A stretch of DNA of 47,304 nt from an uncultured bacterium (lineage in GTDB: Bacteria; Patescibacteriota; Minisyncoccia; Moranbacterales; GWC2-37-73): NCBI GenBank assembly GCA_903824515.1, contig CAIJXA010000041.1:1-47304 (forward strand). Direction: 5' to 3'. Positions 42,234 to 47,304 of this stretch are shown here, piece after piece (position 1 is the stretch's first letter; every line of letters starts with the position of its first letter). The translations under genes were made by a program, and so were the position numbers. The notes under the pieces were generated by a model. It had not been told where the DNA came from. It ran no database searches and was given only the letters and a program-made list of their open reading frames with translations.

Positions 42234-43967
42234 CTACTTTATTTCTACAATTCTCATATCCACGACATTAAGTTGAATCCTGCTGTTTCCATTCCAATCA
42301 TCCTTTTGAACATTACACAACACATCAACACGGCTGCCTTCCTTCAAAGCTTCCAATCTCTCTGCGCCACCAAAACTGATTGCCTCTAATATTTTTATTT
42401 CGCCATTGCCTTGCGCATTATCTTCGGCCGGAACCAAAAAAAATTTCACGTGTTTCTTCTCACTGCCAAGAAAACGCTTCTGGGTTATAATCAGATTTTT
42501 TATCAACAATACCGGCTCAACATTTCCAATGCCAAAGGGCCTTAACTTTTCAAGATCGGCAACTAAATCAAAATTTATTTCTCTTGGTGTAATCTCCCCA
42601 TCAATAATTATTTCTGCTTCAAGCTCAATTCCTTCGAGTTGTTTTTCGATTATTTCATCCAGAGTTTTTTGAAAATTTTCCAATTGATCATTTCGCACGG
42701 AAACTCCTGCCGCTTGGCTGTGACCACCAAATTTTATCAGCAAATCACGGCATTTTCCAATAGCTTCAATAATATTTATCTGCGGGATACTGCGAAAAGA
42801 ACCCTTACTTTCCACGGTTCCCTTTTGGAAAACTGCCGTTGGCTTTCCATATAGTTGCACAATCTTTCCAGCTACCAAGCCGACTACCCCAATTGGGAAA
42901 TGTTGGCCAACTGCAAAAATGATTTTTTTGTTCTTATATTGTCCTTCGGCCAATGATTTAATTTCATTTACAACCTCAGCCGTGATTTTTTGTCGTTCGG
43001 TATTGTTAGCTTCCAATTCAAGGGCAAAAGCACGAGCGTGAATGACATTTTTTTCGATAATTAAGTTATAGGCCAGGTTTGCGTGATTAATCCTTCCGGC
43101 CGCATTTATTCTGGGAGCAATATAAAAAGAAACTTTTTTTGTGTCTGGAATTACTGATTCATCAATCACAATTCTTCCAACTGTAAACAATTCCAAAAGC
43201 CCTACTCTGCGGGTTTTTGAAAGGACAACAAGGCCATACTTCACAAACAGTCTGTTCTCTCCAATTAGAGGAACGCAATCAGCAATAGTCCCAATTGACA
43301 CCAAGTCCAACATCCATTTTGTTTGTCCTATTTTTTCAGGCATCAATCGCTCGAAAATTGCCTGCACAACCTTGAAAGCCACTCCAACGCCAGCCAAATC
43401 AGCAAATGGATAACCACAGCCAGCCTGATGAGGATTGATAATTGCATAGGCATTTGGCAGACTTTCGGGAACATGGTGATGATCCGTAATAATTATGTCA
43501 ATCCCATACTCCCTGGCTTTTTGCGTTTCAGCAAGACTTGTTATGCCACAATCTACAGTGATAATGAGCTTGACTCCGGCAATTTTAAATATATCAATTG
43601 CCAACAAATTAAGTCCATACCCTTCGGTTCGCTTATCAGGGATATACACCTCGGCATCAACTCCAAGCTCAGTGAAAGTTTCTTTTAGAATTGCCGACGA
43701 TGTTATCCCGTCTGCATCATAATCACCAAATATAATCACTTTTTCCTTACACTCCTGCGCCTGACGGATTCGCTCAACGAGTTTTTCCATATCATGAAAA
43801 AGAAACGGATTGAGAGAATCTGTTTGATAATCTGGCGCCATAAACGCCTGAATCTCCTTGTCTGTTTCTAGTCCTCGAGAAAACAAGATTTGCCCTACCA
43901 CGGCATGAACTTTCGGTGAAAAATCTAAAGGAATCTCGACTCGCTCTCTGCTTAGCCATCTTGCCAT
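42234..43967 (-). CDS. recJ: Single-stranded-DNA-specific exonuclease RecJ
   Basis: DHH motifs IIFGDYDADGITS, ITVDCGI and IITDHHHV. DHHA1 region GGHSQAAG. Confidence 0.93.
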   Translation of the reverse strand: MARWLSRERVEIPLDFSPKVHAVVGQILFSRGLETDKEIQAFMAPDYQTDSLNPFLFHDMEKLVERIRQAQECKEKVIIFGDYDADGITSSAILKETFTELGVDAEVYIPDKRTEGYGLNLLAIDIFKIAGVKLIITVDCGITSLAETQKAREYGIDIIITDHHHVPESLPNAYAIINPHQAGCGYPFADLAGVGVAFKVVQAIFERLMPEKIGQTKWMLDLVSIGTIADCVPLIGENRLFVKYGLVVLSKTRRVGLLELFTVGRIVIDESVIPDTKKVSFYIAPRINAAGRINHANLAYNLIIEKNVIHARAFALELEANNTERQKITAEVVNEIKSLAEGQYKNKKIIFAVGQHFPIGVVGLVAGKIVQLYGKPTAVFQKGTVESKGSFRSIPQINIIEAIGKCRDLLIKFGGHSQAAGVSVRNDQLENFQKTLDEIIEKQLEGIELEAEIIIDGEITPREINFDLVADLEKLRPFGIGNVEPVLLIKNLIITQKRFLGSEKKHVKFFLVPAEDNAQGNGEIKILEAISFGGAERLEALKEGSRVDVLCNVQKDDWNGNSRIQLNVVDMRIVEIK

Positions 43968-44010
43968 AAACTTTATGCGATTTTGTTGGATGTTATTTAT
44001 GTAGTGTGCA

Positions 44011-44628
44011 TTAGTTTTGAGAATCTACGTTGTCTAGCGTTGCCTCCCAACTGCAACTTGAGCAAATAAATTTTGCTTTCATTGTTTTTTCTTTCTTTTC
44101 TTCTGAATTTATTAGTTCTAAATCAAGCACGAGAGGATCGCCGCAAACACTGCATTCAAAATTACCTTTTTCGCCTACTTTTACATTCAAATCGTGTGCT
44201 AATCGCTGAGTTTCATCTGTTGAAACGCCAAATCCTAACATATATCTCACATTATTTTCACCGAGAAGAGCTTTGACACATGCAATCACCTTATCTTGAC
44301 AGGTTGTTCCTCTGACAATAAAGTCATCGACACCAAGCTCAAAAGCCCTGGTTCTTTCTTCCTCTCTTCCAATGGGTGAAGAAATTATTATTGGAATACT
44401 TGCAGTTACTGGATTTTTCTTGAGAGCCTCAACCATAGCAAAACCATCCATTCTTGGCATAACTATTCCGCTGAAGATTAAATTTGGCAGCTTGGTTGTT
44501 GCTGAACTTAAACCCTCCAGCCCATCAGCAGCCTGAATAACATCGAAATTCCTGCTTTCAAACATCTCAGCGCACATTTCTCGCAGCAAGGGGTCTTTGT
44601 CAACTACGAGAATTTTTAACTTTTTCAT
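44011..44628 (-). CDS. Response-regulator receiver-like protein lacking the phospho-acceptor Asp, fused to a C-terminal zinc ribbon
   Basis: MKKLKILVVDKDP... then LIFSGIVMPRMDG, with Gly where CheY Asp57 aligns. C-terminal CSVCG...CSSCS. Start set at ATG 44628. Confidence 0.85.
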   Translation of the reverse strand: MKKLKILVVDKDPLLREMCAEMFESRNFDVIQAADGLEGLSSATTKLPNLIFSGIVMPRMDGFAMVEALKKNPVTASIPIIISSPIGREEERTRAFELGVDDFIVRGTTCQDKVIACVKALLGENNVRYMLGFGVSTDETQRLAHDLNVKVGEKGNFECSVCGDPLVLDLELINSEEKKEKTMKAKFICSSCSWEATLDNVDSQN

Positions 44629-44778
44629 TTTTTTGTGATACGAAAGACTGCAAAAAAATGAGCATTCAACCGTACCGTTTTTATTAAAATTTATTTTTAA
44701 CCACAACAAAGCCAAAGACGACCTTGTGAGAATCTAATTCTCACTATAAATTCCTTTTTGGAATTACTGTTGGGGTGA

Positions 44779-46848
44779 TTAAAATATAATTTTAATATCT
44801 ACAGCACATGCGTCTTGTTTATAATTATGAATAAAGAGTGGATTAATGTCAAATTCTTTTACTTGCAAATTTTCTTGAGCAAAATGCATTAGCCCCAAAA
44901 GAATCTTGGCAAACTGTTTGCTGTCGCATGCTGCCTGCCCGCGAACACCTTTAAACAAAAAACTGATTTTACTTTTCATGATTTGCATTTCAATTTCCCG
45001 AAGATTCATTGGAACCAGTAAAAAATTTACTAATTTGAAAACTTCGGTATAAATACCGCCTAAGCCATAGACAATCACTGGTCCAAAAATTGCATCTCTT
45101 TTTATGCCCAGAATAATTTCAGCGAATTTATCAACCTGAGCTTGAGCAATTATTTTTTCACCTGGAAATTTTTCCTGCATTTGCGAAAAACTTTGTTTCA
45201 ATTGTTCAATGTTTTTAATTCCCAATATCAAGCCTCCTTGATCGGTTTTGTGCAAAACAGTGTCCGAATCAATTTTAAGGGCAAGTGGAAAACCAAGATT
45301 CAAATTTTCAATATTCTCTTGCGTCACATCGGCATGAGCAACAGCTTCAATCCCATATAGCTTCATCACCTCCGCACTGTCAGAAAAAGAAAGTGCTTTA
45401 CGTTTTTCTGCAATCGCCTTGCTTATTATCAATTGGGCCTTGTCTTTTCTTTTATGATCTATTTTCAAAGCAGAAACTTTTGTACTGCTGTCTGTGAATT
45501 GTTGCCAAACTCGATATTTTTCCAAGGCACCAACTGCAGCTTCCGGTGTTGCAAAATTCACAAGGCCATTTTTCACAAAACTAGAAAGTGCTTGCGAGAT
45601 TTTTTCACCACCAATGAAAACCGGGATTATGTTTAAATCTTTTTTCTGTGAATATTCAGTAGCAACTAGGGCGATTTGACCCACTTTTGTTTGACCTTGC
45701 GGTGTAAGTAAGCAAAAAATATTTTCAATTTTTTCATTGCGTAAAATTTCCAACACTGCCCTATAGCGATCATCTTGAGCATCGCCCAATAAATCAAGGG
45801 GATTTTCAACTGATGATTCTGCCGGCAAGATTTTTTTCAACTTTTTCTTGGCTTTGTCGGAAATATCAGCCAAGGATAGATTTTTGTCTTTAAAAGCATC
45901 CGTGGCCAAGACTCCGGCCCCACCAGCATTAGTCACCACACCGCAAAGAGAGCTTTTTGGAGAAGGATAGTTGCTAATAAGTTTGAGTAAATTCAAAAAT
46001 TCATCCAAATCATTTGCTCTGATGATACCTGTTTTTTCAAAAGCCACGCTTGTGATTTCGTCGCTTCCAGCCAATGCACCAGTATGTGAAGCAATAGCAA
46101 GTTGGGTCTTGGCAGTTTTGCCAGCTTTCAAAATTACAATCGGTTTTTTCAAGGAAACTTTGCCGGCAGCTTTCAAGAACTTGGCACCGTCCTTAATTCC
46201 TTCCAAATATATCCCGATCACCTTGGTGCGATCATCATTGCCCAAATATTCAATCAATTCCGATTCTGAAATTTGCATCTTGTTTCCAACTGAAATAATT
46301 TTTGAAAAAGCCAACCTTTCATTCTTCGCTTTATCCATCAAGGCTACAGCCAATGCTCCTGATTGAGACACAAAGGCAATGTTTCCATTTTCTGGCATGC
46401 CACCGGCAAAAGAAGCATTGAGCTTGACTGTTGGAGCAATAAAACCAAGGCAATTTGGTCCCAAAATATTCAAACCCTTGGCTTGAGCAAGTTTGTTTAT
46501 TTTGTCTTCTAGTTTTTTTCCGTTGGTGCCTGTTTCTGAAAAGCCAGCCGATATTATCACAAAATTTTTGATTTTGTCAGCAGATTTTTCAATTGTTTCC
46601 AGCACAAATTTCGCTGGAATCGCAAGAATCGCCAAATCTACTTCTTTAGGAATTTTCTCAAGTGAAGAATAACATTTTCGCAGTCCAAGCATGCCATAAG
46701 ACGGATTTACAAAAAAGACCTTTCCTTTGTAGCCAAGCCCGATGATATTATTTGCCAAAATCGTGCCTATTTTGTTTTTTTTGTTTGAAGCTCCCACGAT
46801 GGCAATTGATTTAGGTGCAAACAAATCTTCCAATTTTTGATGAGTCAT
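44779..46848 (-). CDS. ADP-forming acetyl/acyl-CoA synthetase (fused alpha and beta domains)
   Basis: CoA-binding start PKSIAIVGASNKKNKIG, phospho-His loop ASHTGALAG and a C-terminal ATP-grasp domain. 689 aa. Confidence 0.9.
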   Translation of the reverse strand: MTHQKLEDLFAPKSIAIVGASNKKNKIGTILANNIIGLGYKGKVFFVNPSYGMLGLRKCYSSLEKIPKEVDLAILAIPAKFVLETIEKSADKIKNFVIISAGFSETGTNGKKLEDKINKLAQAKGLNILGPNCLGFIAPTVKLNASFAGGMPENGNIAFVSQSGALAVALMDKAKNERLAFSKIISVGNKMQISESELIEYLGNDDRTKVIGIYLEGIKDGAKFLKAAGKVSLKKPIVILKAGKTAKTQLAIASHTGALAGSDEITSVAFEKTGIIRANDLDEFLNLLKLISNYPSPKSSLCGVVTNAGGAGVLATDAFKDKNLSLADISDKAKKKLKKILPAESSVENPLDLLGDAQDDRYRAVLEILRNEKIENIFCLLTPQGQTKVGQIALVATEYSQKKDLNIIPVFIGGEKISQALSSFVKNGLVNFATPEAAVGALEKYRVWQQFTDSSTKVSALKIDHKRKDKAQLIISKAIAEKRKALSFSDSAEVMKLYGIEAVAHADVTQENIENLNLGFPLALKIDSDTVLHKTDQGGLILGIKNIEQLKQSFSQMQEKFPGEKIIAQAQVDKFAEIILGIKRDAIFGPVIVYGLGGIYTEVFKLVNFLLVPMNLREIEMQIMKSKISFLFKGVRGQAACDSKQFAKILLGLMHFAQENLQVKEFDINPLFIHNYKQDACAVDIKIIF

Positions 46849-47167
46849 TTAATTTTTGTTTTCTTTACGAATTACGAATTTAAACGAATGTACGAAAATC
46901 CCGACTGAAATACTAATCTCGTAAGAATATATCAATCATCAGGTGAGATAAAGAAAGTAGAAACTGAAACCTGCCTATCGGCAGACAGTCAAGTTCATAT
47001 GACACTTTCACTGATTACTGATGACTAATGACTGATTACTAGTCACTGATTGCTGCTTCCCCATTATACACACTTTCGCCTCATCCGTAAAATACCAAAT
47101 TTGCAAACAACAACTCATATTGGCATTATTCAAGCTTAAAAAAGCCATTTACCGAAGTTTAGATGCC

Positions 47168-47304
47168 CTACATTCTAGCTTGAGTTGCAATTTTGCCCTC
47201 TACAAATACCTCGTAGGGAGTTAAATAGCCAAGACGCTTTCTCGGACGATTATTGATGCCTTTAACGACAGCATCTACATCCTTTTGTGTTAGTTTAGCA
47301 AACA
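47168..47304 (-). mobile_element. 3' end of an IS30-family transposase gene (truncated by the window edge)
   Basis: The - strand reads FAKLTQKDVDAVVKGINNRPRKRLGYLTPYEVFVEGKIATQARM*. INNRPRKxLGYxTPxEVF is the typical IS30 C-terminal motif. Confidence 0.7.

Noticed and set aside
1-47304. rRNA, tRNA, tmRNA or prophage/defence-island content
   Set aside because: I recognised no tRNA T-arm/acceptor patterns, rRNA signatures, integrase, capsid/terminase, restriction-modification or cas-like genes. Apart from the IS30 fragment, the window looks like core chromosome.

Overview
AT-rich, gene-dense 47.3-kb chromosomal segment. Gene content (DUF4012, DUF2207, DUF1003, TrpR/YerC-like protein, archaeal-type UMP kinase, fused ADP-forming acyl-CoA synthetase, several GT4 glycosyltransferases, sortase plus LPXTG substrate, minimal Rrf2-NifS-NifU operon) suggests a small-genome Patescibacteria/CPR-like bacterium; this is inference. 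The code is standard: TAA, TAG and TGA all terminate conserved genes. Positions 1-33655 are almost entirely + strand. They hold a collagen-like LPSTG surface protein with its sortase, two secreted or membrane unknowns, an envelope-polysaccharide block (GT4, Wzz-like, DUF4012) and all four dTDP-L-rhamnose genes (rfbC, rfbB, rfbD, rfbA) scattered among unrelated genes. They also hold galU, glyA, rplI, pyrG, Nudix, rpmA (-), a TrpR-like protein, pyrH, a PolB-exo-like exonuclease, a Cas4-like PD-(D/E)XK nuclease (-) and the Rrf2/NifS/IscU/GNAT genes. Positions 34646-47304 are entirely - strand: C39-like peptidase, gltX, WecG/TagA-type transferase, 2H phosphoesterase, two GT4, recJ, a pseudo-receiver protein, acyl-CoA synthetase and the 3' end of an IS30-type transposase at the window edge. 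I recognised no rRNA, tRNA or CRISPR array. The observations most worth a second look are as follows. (1) Two GC-rich elements (992-1160, 28115-28256) have conserved ends and different-sequence, same-shape hairpins. (2) Families of short tandem 'word' repeats sit next to start codons, and related repeats are embedded in frame in gltX, the TagA-like gene and rfbD. (3) A near-perfect promoter-terminator unit at 40519-40763 has no annotated gene. (4) A ~1-kb stretch (33656-34645) has no ORF of 60 aa or more. (5) A 42-nt palindrome occurs three times around the TrpR-like gene. (6) Nested REP-like palindromes occur at three loci. (7) A serine hydrolase carries an in-frame TAG, and a Nudix stub follows the nuclease gene. 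All function calls come from motif recognition by eye; no database search was run.
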